A stretch of 64,000 bases of DNA from Methanomassiliicoccales archaeon (GCA_050010535.1 JBEKKT010000004.1:46-64045); one strand, 5' to 3'. Positions 9,667-18,462 are shown, numbered from the stretch's first letter. Made by a program: numbers and translations. Notes: generated from the sequence alone by a model not told the origin.

Positions 9667-11485
9667 GCCCGCGGAAAGGATACTCGCGAGCGAGGGGAAG
9701 CTTCTGCTGCTGGGGAACGAAGCGATAGCCCGCGGATGCTTGGAGGCTGGCGTCAGCGTCGCCGCCACGTACCCCGGGACGCCCTCATCAGAGATCGGGA
9801 CGGTGCTCGAGAGAGTAGCTGACGACGTTGGTCTATACTTCGAGTACTCGGTAAACGAGAAGGTCGCGGTGGAGGTATGCGGGGCGGCATCGGCCTCGGG
9901 CCTCCGTTCCTTCGCCTTCATGAAACACGTCGGGCTGAACGTCGCTAGCGACCCTTTCATGACCCTTGCCTATGCGGGCGTGGGGGGCGGCATGGTCGTC
10001 CTGAGCGCCGATGATCCCTCTTGCCACAGCAGCCAGGACGAGCAGGACAACCGCTTCTTTGCGAAACTTGCGCACGTTCCAATGTTGGAACCCTCGACAC
10101 CACGCGAGGCGAAGGAGATGGTCCTCGAGGCTTTCAGGATCTCCGAGCGGCTCGAGCTGCCTGTTCTTCTGAGAACCACGACCAGGGTCAGTCATGCGAA
10201 GGGTGTGGTCCCCCTGGGTCTGGTACCGGAGGCCAGACCTCCCGGGAGGTTCGAGAAGGATCCGGAACGATTCGTAATGGTCCCTGCCCATGCGAGGGGC
10301 AACCGATTGAAGCTTCTGGACAGGTTTAGCAGGGCGCTAACGCTCTCAGAAAACTCAGAGTTGAATTTCCGCACAGGGAAGGGCAGAACCGGCGTCGTTA
10401 CGAGCGGTGTATCGTACACATACGTGTCAGAGTTTCTCAGAGAAGTCGAGATCCTGAAGCTGGGGTTCACGAACCCGGTCCCTGAAGAGAAGGTGAGGAG
10501 ATTCATCGAAGGAAAGGAGAAGGTTCTCGTCGTTGAGGAGTTGGACCCATACCTCGAAGATGAGGTGCTCCGGATCGCCAAGGGGGGCGGGATTGACGTT
10601 CCAATATTAGGCAAGAGAACCGGACATCTTCCACAAGCATTCGAGTTCTCCCCCGACACGATGATGGGTCTGAAAGGTATCGTGCCCATCGTCGAGACCG
10701 AGAAACCGCTCGCACCCAAAGACATAGGATTGCCCGGCAGGCCTCCGGTCCTTTGCGCAGGGTGCCCTCACCGAGGGACATACTACGCAACGAGAGTCGC
10801 CCTCGGAAAGGAGGAAGCGATATTCAGCTCGGACGTGGGCTGCTACAGCCTCGGCATCCAGCCTCCTCTAATGACTACAGACTTCCTCCTATGTATGGGG
10901 AGCAGTGTCGGAGCCGCGAGCGGGTTCACATCCGCAACCGATCAGAAGGTCATCGGGTTCATTGGAGATTCAACATTCTTTCATTCCGGAATCCCGGGTC
11001 TAATCAATGCTGTCTTCAACAATCATAGGTACTTGCTGATAATACTGGACAACAGCACGACCGCGATGACGGGACACCAACCGAATCCTGGTACCGGGAG
11101 GAACTACGGGGGCAGAAGGACGGAGGGTATCGACATCGAGAAGCTCGTGAGAGGATGCGGTGTGGAATACGTGAGAACGATCGATCCTTACGAAATCAAG
11201 GAGGCGAGCCAGGTAATAAGGGAAGCGCTTCATCATGACGGGCTTGCGGTGGTAATATCAAAGCGCGCTTGTCCACTCCTTCTGCGAAAGGAGGGGGGCC
11301 TGAGACCGGTGTCGCACAACATCGACCAGGACAAGTGCATTCACTGCTATACCTGCGTATCCAAACTGTCATGCCCGGCCCTCTTTAAGAGGGGCGAAGA
11401 GGTGCACATCGACGCGGCCCTTTGCATCGGATGCGGCTGCTGCTCCCAGGTCTGCCCGAAGCAAGCCATAGGGGTGGTGGATTGA
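9659..11485 (+). CDS. iorA: Indolepyruvate:ferredoxin oxidoreductase alpha subunit
   Basis: 608 aa. LLLGNEAIARGCLEAGV..YPGTPSSEI, the TPP motif GDSTFFHSG..ILDNSTTAMTGHQ, and a C-terminal CIHCYTC..CIGCGCCSQVCP ferredoxin domain. Confidence 0.85.
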   Translation: MGKPAERILASEGKLLLLGNEAIARGCLEAGVSVAATYPGTPSSEIGTVLERVADDVGLYFEYSVNEKVAVEVCGAASASGLRSFAFMKHVGLNVASDPFMTLAYAGVGGGMVVLSADDPSCHSSQDEQDNRFFAKLAHVPMLEPSTPREAKEMVLEAFRISERLELPVLLRTTTRVSHAKGVVPLGLVPEARPPGRFEKDPERFVMVPAHARGNRLKLLDRFSRALTLSENSELNFRTGKGRTGVVTSGVSYTYVSEFLREVEILKLGFTNPVPEEKVRRFIEGKEKVLVVEELDPYLEDEVLRIAKGGGIDVPILGKRTGHLPQAFEFSPDTMMGLKGIVPIVETEKPLAPKDIGLPGRPPVLCAGCPHRGTYYATRVALGKEEAIFSSDVGCYSLGIQPPLMTTDFLLCMGSSVGAASGFTSATDQKVIGFIGDSTFFHSGIPGLINAVFNNHRYLLIILDNSTTAMTGHQPNPGTGRNYGGRRTEGIDIEKLVRGCGVEYVRTIDPYEIKEASQVIREALHHDGLAVVISKRACPLLLRKEGGLRPVSHNIDQDKCIHCYTCVSKLSCPALFKRGEEVHIDAALCIGCGCCSQVCPKQAIGVVD

Positions 11486-12093
11486 GCTACAATATACTGC
11501 TCGTCGGTGTCGGGGGACAAGGCGTTCTTCTCGCATCGGCCGTCATCGGCAACGCCGCAATGGAACACGAGACAGAAGTGGTCATGAGCGAGCTTCACGG
11601 AATGGCACAGAGGGGCGGGAGCGTGACGGCCAGCGTAAGGATCGGGAGGGACGTGAAGTCTTCCCTGATCCCAAAGGGAGGTGCCAATGTTCTTCTCGGA
11701 TTCGAACCCGCCGAGACATATCGCTACCTTCCGGTCGCGAACAAATCCACGCACATCATCACGAACGTGCGTCCGATAATCCCAATCCAGGTCTCGATGG
11801 GACTCGAGAAGTATCCAGAAGTGGAAGAGATTCTCGATGCGATCAGGGAAGTGAATGACAGACTTTTCCCAATCGACGCGGACGCCATTGCCGCAGAAGC
11901 GGGGTACCGTATGGCCGTAAGCTCGGTCCTCATCGGAGCGTCCTGTGCCGTTGATGACTTCCCGATCCCTCGCGAGTCGCTTGTCCGTGCGCTCCTCCTG
12001 AGAGTCCCAAGACAACACGCTGAGGTCAATGCAAAAGCCTTCGAGAACGGCTATGACCAGACCAAGGCATACAGCTTACGACGGCAGTCATGA
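11482..12093 (+). CDS. iorB: Indolepyruvate:ferredoxin oxidoreductase beta subunit
   Basis: SYNILLVGVGGQGVLLAS..ELHGMAQRGGSV. The likely TTG start overlaps the iorA stop (TTGA). The listed ORF start at 11422 lies inside iorA. Confidence 0.8.
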   Translation: MSYNILLVGVGGQGVLLASAVIGNAAMEHETEVVMSELHGMAQRGGSVTASVRIGRDVKSSLIPKGGANVLLGFEPAETYRYLPVANKSTHIITNVRPIIPIQVSMGLEKYPEVEEILDAIREVNDRLFPIDADAIAAEAGYRMAVSSVLIGASCAVDDFPIPRESLVRALLLRVPRQHAEVNAKAFENGYDQTKAYSLRRQS

Positions 12094-12138
12094 GCCGGAA
12101 CGGATCGAAAGGGACCGGGACCCAGGCTTGCGAAGATC

Positions 12139-13237
12139 TTACTCGACCTTGGCGACGAATCTCCTGGCATAGCCGATGATGACCTTCCAGTAGCCCTTGA
12201 GCATTGCGTCCAGATCCATGTCCCCGGTATCCACTAGCAGGCGTTCTGTCTCTCTCAGTTTCGAAGGGGCTGCGATCACGGTGATGTTCTTGGGTCCGAC
12301 TTTTCTTATGATCCTGGGCGATATCTTTGATTGCCCCTGCCGAATATGAAGCCCTGCGCGCCAATCGGCGTGACCACGATTCTCGCGTCGGGATTGCCCT
12401 TCAACACAGCGAGCAGGTCGTCCTCCGATGCGTCTTTGACGATTAGTCTTCCGCCCATAACCACATCGACCCCGAGTAGGGTCTTCTCCACACCAATGTG
12501 TTTTGCCACCGCCTCGGTCGTCGTTCCCGGGCCTAGAATGTAGATGACACCGTCCTCGAGATTTTCGGCCATATACTGATCGATCTCGTCCTTTTCATCT
12601 TCGCTTGAGCTCACGACGATCTCACTTTTTGTTTGTTGGATAAGGGATTGGTCATAAGGGACAATCATGTAACCATATAGTGAAGAGTTCAGACGCCCCT
12701 TTCGAAAAGCATCCTCGTCGATATCCATCACCTCAGCCCGGCGTATCGGCAGCGATTCGACTGCAAAGATCTTGAGGATTCTCCCTGAGGCCTCAGGCGT
12801 CATCGAGGACACGCCGGAGTGCATCTTGACCCCGGAGGGTATCCCGATCACTGGCATCTTCTAGTGGACCGCGTCCAGTACATCTCTTGCAGTCCCATCT
12901 CCACCGGCAAAGACCAGCATGCGAGCATTCCCCTCGACGATCTTCCTGCAAGCTTCCTCCGTGTCATTCCGGGAAGTCGGGGTTGAGGGGCATGTATCAC
13001 TTCGAATCTCGCTTTCATATCTTTAAGCAAATCCTCTCCCATACCTCTACCGGCCGTGAGAAAGTCGAATTGATCGAGGAGGACCGCGGCCCGCAAAGCC
13101 TCATGAGCCCTCCTCCTCGCTATCGGCTCAGCACCTCTCTTCAGCGATTCGAGAAAGACATTCTACCCGTCTGTCCCCTTGAGACCGACTCGCCCACCCA
13201 TACCTGCGATAGGGTTGATGATGAGACCGACCAACAC
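12139..13237 (-). pseudogene. ATP-NAD kinase-like protein (COG3199-type), disrupted by 2 frameshifts and 2 TAG codons
   Basis: Three frames joined end to end give VLVGLIINPIAGMGGRVGLKGTDG[TAG]NVFLESLKRGAEP..FDFLTAGRGMGEDLL..|TEEACRKIVEGNARMLVFAGGDGTARDVLDAVH[TAG]KMPVIGIPSGVKMHSGV..GRGNQ|KISPRIIRKVGPKNITVIAAPSKL..LLVDTGD... Confidence 0.7.
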
Positions 13238-13437
13238 GCGACTTCATCACTGCCTGGCCTCATGAAGTCTTCGATTCCATAGCCGCAATTGGACTGAGTA
13301 AGACCCTAAGGACTTGGGACAAAGATTCAACAAACGAGCATAATTCCGAACAAGTCCGAGTTGTGATAAGAAATATACGAGCGGGGATTTCCCGCCGTAT
13401 AGACTAGCCTGCTCCTATCTATCGATTCAAACGAGGC

Positions 13438-14253
13438 TCAGCGAGCTGCGAAATCAGGACTTAACCCGGTGGTGAACTCCACGCCTCCGATCTCACCGAT
13501 AGATGCATGAATCAGCTCCGCCTCGGGCGCAGGAATCTGTGCCATTTCATCGGATTCTTCCTCGTCTATCTCGTGAAGCATCTCCTCGACGTCCGAGGCA
13601 ATCTGGGTTATGAACGATTCGCTAATCTTTGCGCAGACGGATTCTATGATCTTGACGATGCTTCGCTCCATTATCGCGAAACTGTCCCTGACCGGGATGT
13701 CCCCGGCTATCTCGAGCAACCTGTCGTTGTCTAGGACAAGCGTCGTCTCGGCCGCTCCGCGCAGCTTCTTCAGTCCGTCGCTCGCTCTCTTCAAGTTGTC
13801 TCTCTCGAAAGAGAACGGATTGATCGCAATCGCGAAAGTGACGGCATCAAGCTCTTTCGCAACCTCGGCGACGACTGGCGCAGCCCCAGTACCAGTCCCT
13901 CCACCCATGCCGGCAATCACGAAGACGATGTCGCTCCCTTTGAGAACCTCCTTCAATGTCGGCCTTGCGCAGTCCGCACAGTATTCCCCCACCTCAGGGA
14001 ATCCTCCTGCGCCTTCCCCGTGCGTTATGTCCTTCCCGATGAGGATCTTCTTGTGCGCATCGACCTTCTCGAGCTTCTTCTCGTCCGTGTTCACCGCAAT
14101 GGTCTCAATGTTGCTCTTGCAGTTCCAGTAGATGCCATTGACTATGTTGTTCCCAGCGCCGCCGCACCCTACAACCGAAATCTTCGGTTCTATCATCCCC
14201 TTGCTGAGCATTTCGACGATTTGCTCAGTTTTCATGGTTTTGTCCATATTCAT
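13438..14253 (-). CDS. FtsZ/tubulin-family GTPase-domain-only protein (C-terminal domain absent)
   Basis: ISVVGCGGAGNN, AVNTD, GMGGGTGTGAAPVVAE and LVLDNDRLLEI align with the FtsZ N-terminal domain. The T7 loop is degenerate (TQIASD instead of NxDFAD). The protein ends after an acidic tail at 271 aa. Confidence 0.8.
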   Translation of the reverse strand: MNMDKTMKTEQIVEMLSKGMIEPKISVVGCGGAGNNIVNGIYWNCKSNIETIAVNTDEKKLEKVDAHKKILIGKDITHGEGAGGFPEVGEYCADCARPTLKEVLKGSDIVFVIAGMGGGTGTGAAPVVAEVAKELDAVTFAIAINPFSFERDNLKRASDGLKKLRGAAETTLVLDNDRLLEIAGDIPVRDSFAIMERSIVKIIESVCAKISESFITQIASDVEEMLHEIDEEESDEMAQIPAPEAELIHASIGEIGGVEFTTGLSPDFAAR

Positions 14254-14283
14254 TTGACCCCCAGGTTGCGACCAAGTTGGAGC

Positions 14284-14343
14284 AGGCTAGCTACGCGGCT
14301 TTGCGCTTGACAAAACCGTGCATCCCATCCCTTCCGCAAGCCC
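14284..14343 (+). repeat. Hairpin-like element carrying the 17-mer GTGCATCCCATCCCTTC (copy A)
   Basis: GGCTAG..GTGCATCCCATCCCTTC..CAAGCC lies in the RHH/FtsZ-like spacer. The 17-mer (14318..14334) is identical to 56069..56085, which is flanked by GGGCTAG/CTAGCCC. Confidence 0.4.
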
Positions 14344-14383
14344 TTGACACTCAGTCCGACAGTCACATCGTCCGTGACAAGAC

Positions 14384-14758
14384 TCACTCAGGCACGACTT
14401 CGAGAGTTTCCCGCTTCGTCTCGAAGATCTTCCTCTTCACATCCTCCAGGTATTCTTTCGGAACGAATTCCTTTCGAACGCAGTCTTCGATGGCCCCACT
14501 AACCGAGTTGTAGATCCCGGCCCTCACCATACCCTCCATGATACCGAGAGCTGCCCGTGGTATCTTGATTGAGATTCCCTTCGCATTCGTCTCCGAAACC
14601 TGAGTCCCTTTTCCCTCAATGAACGAATGGAGGGCGACTCTTGCTAGCTGAGACCTGTTGGAGAAATCTGCATGTTCTTCGATGAATCGATCGAGGAGTT
14701 CGAGTTCTTCTCTGCCAAGCCTCAGAGATATTCTTTCGCCGTCCATTACGGTGCCCAC
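14384..14758 (-). CDS. Tandem ribbon-helix-helix (CopG-like) DNA-binding protein
   Basis: Two RHH units: ISLRLGREELELLDRFIEEHADFSNRSQLARVALHSFIE and ISIKIPRAALGIMEGMVRAGIYNSVSGAIEDCVRKEF. Start is GTG 14758 or ATG 14746. Confidence 0.7.
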   Translation of the reverse strand: MGTVMDGERISLRLGREELELLDRFIEEHADFSNRSQLARVALHSFIEGKGTQVSETNAKGISIKIPRAALGIMEGMVRAGIYNSVSGAIEDCVRKEFVPKEYLEDVKRKIFETKRETLEVVPE

Positions 14759-14776
14759 CTTAGTCCTGTATCGAAC

Positions 14777-14837
14777 GTCATACTCTATGTCATACTCGAT
14801 ATATAAATATTTGCCGATTTGTCATACGGAGTCATAC
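14777..14837. repeat. Four direct GTCATAC repeats flanking a TATA-like box (candidate operator or centromere-like site)
   Basis: GTCATAC occurs at 14777, 14789, 14821 and 14831. ATATATAAATATTT at 14799-14812 lies between the two pairs. The region is the divergent spacer between the RHH gene and leuS. Confidence 0.5.
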
Positions 14838-14962
14838 ATTCGACAAAGGCAGGACAGATTCCGATGCGATTTTCGGCGCACATCCAAGTGGCGATTGTCG
14901 CATTTTCTGAACACCGAAACCATCTTTATGGCCTTGCCACATACCGTGCCGAAGGTGCCTCC

Positions 14963-17845
14963 ATGACGGGTCGGTCGACCGAGATCGAAGCGAAATGGCA
15001 GGAACGTTGGTACAATGCTGGCGTCAATGAATCTGAAGCAGACTCACGTCCGAAGTTCATGATGATTTTCGCATACCCCGGAGTGACGGGTTACCTTCAT
15101 GTGGGCCACATGCGTGGTTACACTTACGTCGATGCCATTACGCGATACGTCAGAATGACTGGCTACAATGTCCTTTTCCCGGTCGGAACGCACGCAACCG
15201 GCAATGGCGCAATCAGCCTCGCGAACCGAATAAGGGCGAGAGACCCCGGGACCGTCGAATACATGTTGGCAAACGGTTGTCCAGAGCGAGAGCTTGATAA
15301 TCTGGGAGACCCCGTTAAGGTCGTCGAGTTCTTCAACAATGTCTATGTCAACCAATACTGGAAACGATTCGGTTTTCTCGCCGACTGGCGCAGGTTCACG
15401 TGTACAATCTATCCAGACTACCAGAAGTTTATTCAATGGCAGTTCCACAAACTGAAAGATGGGGGGCTTCTTATCCAGAAGCCATATTTCGCCACCGCCT
15501 GCGTAGAGTGCGGCCCCGTCGCAGTAGACCCGTCCGAGACCGACTTGCAAAAGGGCGGCAAAGCGGAGACTGTCGAATATTCCCTCCTGAAGTTCAGATG
15601 CGGGGATATGTTCCTCGTCGCCGCGACCCTCAGGCCAGAAACGGTCTATGGCCAGACCAATTTCTGGGTGAACCCAGAAGTCGAGTATATCAAGGTCAGA
15701 AAGGACGGCCAGACATGGGTCATCAGCAAGCCCTCATACGAAAAGATGAGGTATCAGAAGGCTGGCCTTGAGATCGTCGGTACTATCATAGGGCGGGAGC
15801 TGGTGGGAAAGAAGTGCCTGGCCCCCGTGATCCACCGCGCGATCCCCGTCCTGCCTGCGACATTCTGCGATCCTGCTGTCGGAACGGGATTGGTCACGAG
15901 CGTCCCATCTGATGCACCCGATGACTGGATTGCTCTGAGGATGCTCCAGGAAAACAAGTGTCTCGTGAGGGAATACGGTCTCGATCCTGATGAAATCCGA
16001 AGGATCTCACCGATACCTATCATCGACACGAAAGGCTGGGGGCCGCTCCCTGCCGTGGAAATAACGGAGAGAATGGGTATAAGTGTGATTGGCGACCCTA
16101 AGCTGGAGGATGCCAAGAAAATCATCTATAGGGATGGCTTCCACACAGGTCGCATGAACGAAAACTGCGGTGAGTATGCCGGTCTCCCAGTCGAACGTGC
16201 CAAGGAGATGATAAGGGACTTCATGATCTCCAACGGAGAGGCCGAGATGTTCTACGATCTCTCGGAGGAAGTGATCTGTCGGTGCGGCAAGCCCGTCGTG
16301 ATAAAGAAGATTCCCGACCAATGGTTCATCGACTATGCGAACGAGCAACTCACTAGGAAAAGCAAGGAACATGCTATGTCGATGCATATCCTCCCTTCCG
16401 AGTACCACACAAACATCCAGGGGGTCCTCGACTGGTTCAGAGAAAGGGCTTGCGTAAGACAGGGGAACTGGCTTGGAACGAGATTCCCCTTCGACAACGA
16501 TTGGATCATCGAGGCGATATCCGACTCGACACTCTATCCTGTCTACTACCTAGTCTCGAAGTACTTCAACGAGGGCAGTCTCAAGCTTGAAAGCCTGACA
16601 GAGGAGTTCTTCGATTACGTTTTCCTGGAGAAAGGGAATCCTGAAGAGGTGTCAAAGCACACGGGGGTGGAACTGGGCCTTCTCGAACGAATCAGGAAGG
16701 ACGTGGCCTACTGGTACCCACTGAACATCAATCTCGGCGGGAAGGAGCACATGACCGTCCACTTCCCGGCCTTCCTGATGAACCACGTCGGCGTGCTCCC
16801 TCAGAGGTACTGGCCTAGGGGCATCTTCGTGAATTGGTATGTCATCGGGAAGCTCGGCAAGATTTCCAAGTCGAAGGGAGGCGCGGAGCCGATCCCGGGG
16901 GCAGCTGAACACTTCGGCGTGGACCCGATGCGCCTTTACTACGCTCACATCGCCTCTCCGTTCGCGGACGTCGAGTGGGACGAAGAAGCGATAGAGAACT
17001 ACAAGGCGCGCATAGAGCGGATAGCAAAGACCGTGGATGAACTGAAATCGCTCCCAAATAAGGCCGAGATGACAAGCATAGACAAATGGCTACGATCGCG
17101 CCTCAACAGTCGGATAAAGACTATCAGGAAGGGCATGGAGAACTACGACCTGAGGAATATGGCGAACGAGGTCTACTTCGAAATGCTAAGCGATATTAGG
17201 TGGTATATTAGGAGGGGGGGAAACAATGGACAAATAGCCCGCAACGTGCTCGAAGTCTGGGTACGGATGATGGCGCCTGTCACGCCCCACAACGCCGAGG
17301 AGATTTGGGAAGGTCTGGGAAGGAATCAAATGGTCTCCATTGCAGACTACCCTGTTTCGGTTGAGGAGAACCTCGATCTCGAGGTCGAAGAGGCCGAGGA
17401 GTTCCTCAAGAGCGTAATCCTAGACATCAACGAGATCATCAGGGTCACGAGAATATCTCCGAAGAGAGTCAACTTATATACGTCGCCCGCCTGGAAGCAG
17501 GGGGTGTTCGAGAAGGCGATACAGATGGCAAAGGAGAACGGGCTGAGCGTCCCGGCTATCACGAAGGCGACGATGTCAGACCCCGATATGAAGAAGCACG
17601 GAAAGGAGGCTGCGGATTTCGCACGGAAGACTGCCGAGGACCTCATGAAGCGTTCCGCTTCGGATGTCAGCAGGATCGCTAGATCCATCAATGAGTTCCG
17701 ATATCTCACGGAGGCCTCATCTTTCATCTCCGAGGAGATCGGTTGCGATGTCGCCGTTCATTCTGCCGACGACCCGGATGCATACGATCCACAGAAAAAG
17801 GCAAAGGCATCAATCCCCCGCAGACCCGCAATATTCATCGAGTGA
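14963..17845 (+). CDS. leuS: Leucyl-tRNA synthetase (archaeal type)
   Basis: 960 aa from ATG 14963 (MTGRSTEIEAKWQERW). HIGH-type motif YLHVGHMRGY and KMSKS-type motif KISKSKG. The listed ORF start at 14819 adds an implausible leader. Confidence 0.95.
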   Translation: MTGRSTEIEAKWQERWYNAGVNESEADSRPKFMMIFAYPGVTGYLHVGHMRGYTYVDAITRYVRMTGYNVLFPVGTHATGNGAISLANRIRARDPGTVEYMLANGCPERELDNLGDPVKVVEFFNNVYVNQYWKRFGFLADWRRFTCTIYPDYQKFIQWQFHKLKDGGLLIQKPYFATACVECGPVAVDPSETDLQKGGKAETVEYSLLKFRCGDMFLVAATLRPETVYGQTNFWVNPEVEYIKVRKDGQTWVISKPSYEKMRYQKAGLEIVGTIIGRELVGKKCLAPVIHRAIPVLPATFCDPAVGTGLVTSVPSDAPDDWIALRMLQENKCLVREYGLDPDEIRRISPIPIIDTKGWGPLPAVEITERMGISVIGDPKLEDAKKIIYRDGFHTGRMNENCGEYAGLPVERAKEMIRDFMISNGEAEMFYDLSEEVICRCGKPVVIKKIPDQWFIDYANEQLTRKSKEHAMSMHILPSEYHTNIQGVLDWFRERACVRQGNWLGTRFPFDNDWIIEAISDSTLYPVYYLVSKYFNEGSLKLESLTEEFFDYVFLEKGNPEEVSKHTGVELGLLERIRKDVAYWYPLNINLGGKEHMTVHFPAFLMNHVGVLPQRYWPRGIFVNWYVIGKLGKISKSKGGAEPIPGAAEHFGVDPMRLYYAHIASPFADVEWDEEAIENYKARIERIAKTVDELKSLPNKAEMTSIDKWLRSRLNSRIKTIRKGMENYDLRNMANEVYFEMLSDIRWYIRRGGNNGQIARNVLEVWVRMMAPVTPHNAEEIWEGLGRNQMVSIADYPVSVEENLDLEVEEAEEFLKSVILDINEIIRVTRISPKRVNLYTSPAWKQGVFEKAIQMAKENGLSVPAITKATMSDPDMKKHGKEAADFARKTAEDLMKRSASDVSRIARSINEFRYLTEASSFISEEIGCDVAVHSADDPDAYDPQKKAKASIPRRPAIFIE

Positions 17846-17851
17846 GAGCAC

Positions 17852-18462
17852 GTGCGCGGTCTCCTGTTCATCGACATTCACATCGTGCTGATGGTCGTGC
17901 TCGGTACAATCATCACCCCTTGAGATCGATACTGACCATATTGCTGAGCATCACCTGGATGATCGCCGCGACGATGGTCATCTTCAACTTCATCCTCGGA
18001 TTTCCAATCCTTTGGATGGTGCCGATGATCCTCTTCGTCGTCTGCCTCGGTCTCGGAATAGACTATGATATCTTTCTGACGACAAAAATGAGGGAAGAGG
18101 CGCAGAATGGAATGAGCGACAAGGACGCGATTGTCCACGCTGTCGAGCGCACCGGCGAGGTCATAACCGCCTGCAGCATCATCATGGCAAGCGTCTTCGG
18201 AACGATGCTGCTGTCCGATGGGGCTTTTCTGAAGAAGTTCGGCTTCGCCCTGATGTTCGCGATACTCCTCGACGTGACGATCGTCAGGATCTATTTGGTC
18301 CCGGCGATCATGTCCCTGCCTGGCAAGTGGAACTGGTACGCACCGGGCCGTCTACAGAGAGTGGAAGGGACGAGAAGAATTAGTGAGTGCCGAGCGGCAT
18401 ACCAGGACGCGCTGGAAACCTTCGCTCACTACTTTTCGTTCCACCTTCTGTATAGTCGGTGA
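17852..18462 (+). pseudogene. MMPL/RND-family transporter remnant (C-terminal ~200 aa only, internal frameshift)
   Basis: VRGLLFIDIHIVLMVVLGTIITP* (frame of leuS) continues in another frame as LRSILTILLS..LGLGIDYDIFLTTKMREE..AILLDVTIVRIYLVPAIMSLPGKWNWYAP. This is the last TM bundle of MMPL proteins. No N-terminal ~500+ aa is present. Confidence 0.65.

Noticed and set aside
10192-10725. Long antisense or alternative-frame ORFs lie inside confident genes. Examples: 10192..10725(-) in iorA, 41415..42020(-) in lipA, 44251..45021(-) in E2, 56858..57547(-) in srp54, 22145..22750(+), 53689..54417(+), 62074..62655(+) and 62836..63621(+).
   Set aside because: They fully overlap genes with strong family signatures. 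They have low-complexity Ser/Arg/Pro/Gly-rich composition typical of shadow ORFs in GC-rich coding DNA, and no recognisable motifs.
7289-11491. An identical 10-mer, TTGAGCTACA, occurs at the porG/porD junction (7289-7298) and at the iorA/iorB junction (11482-11491).
   Set aside because: It is too short to indicate a repeat element or recombination. It most likely reflects two similar stop/start overlaps (TTGA giving M-S-Y N-termini). I used it only as weak support for TTG starts and translational coupling.
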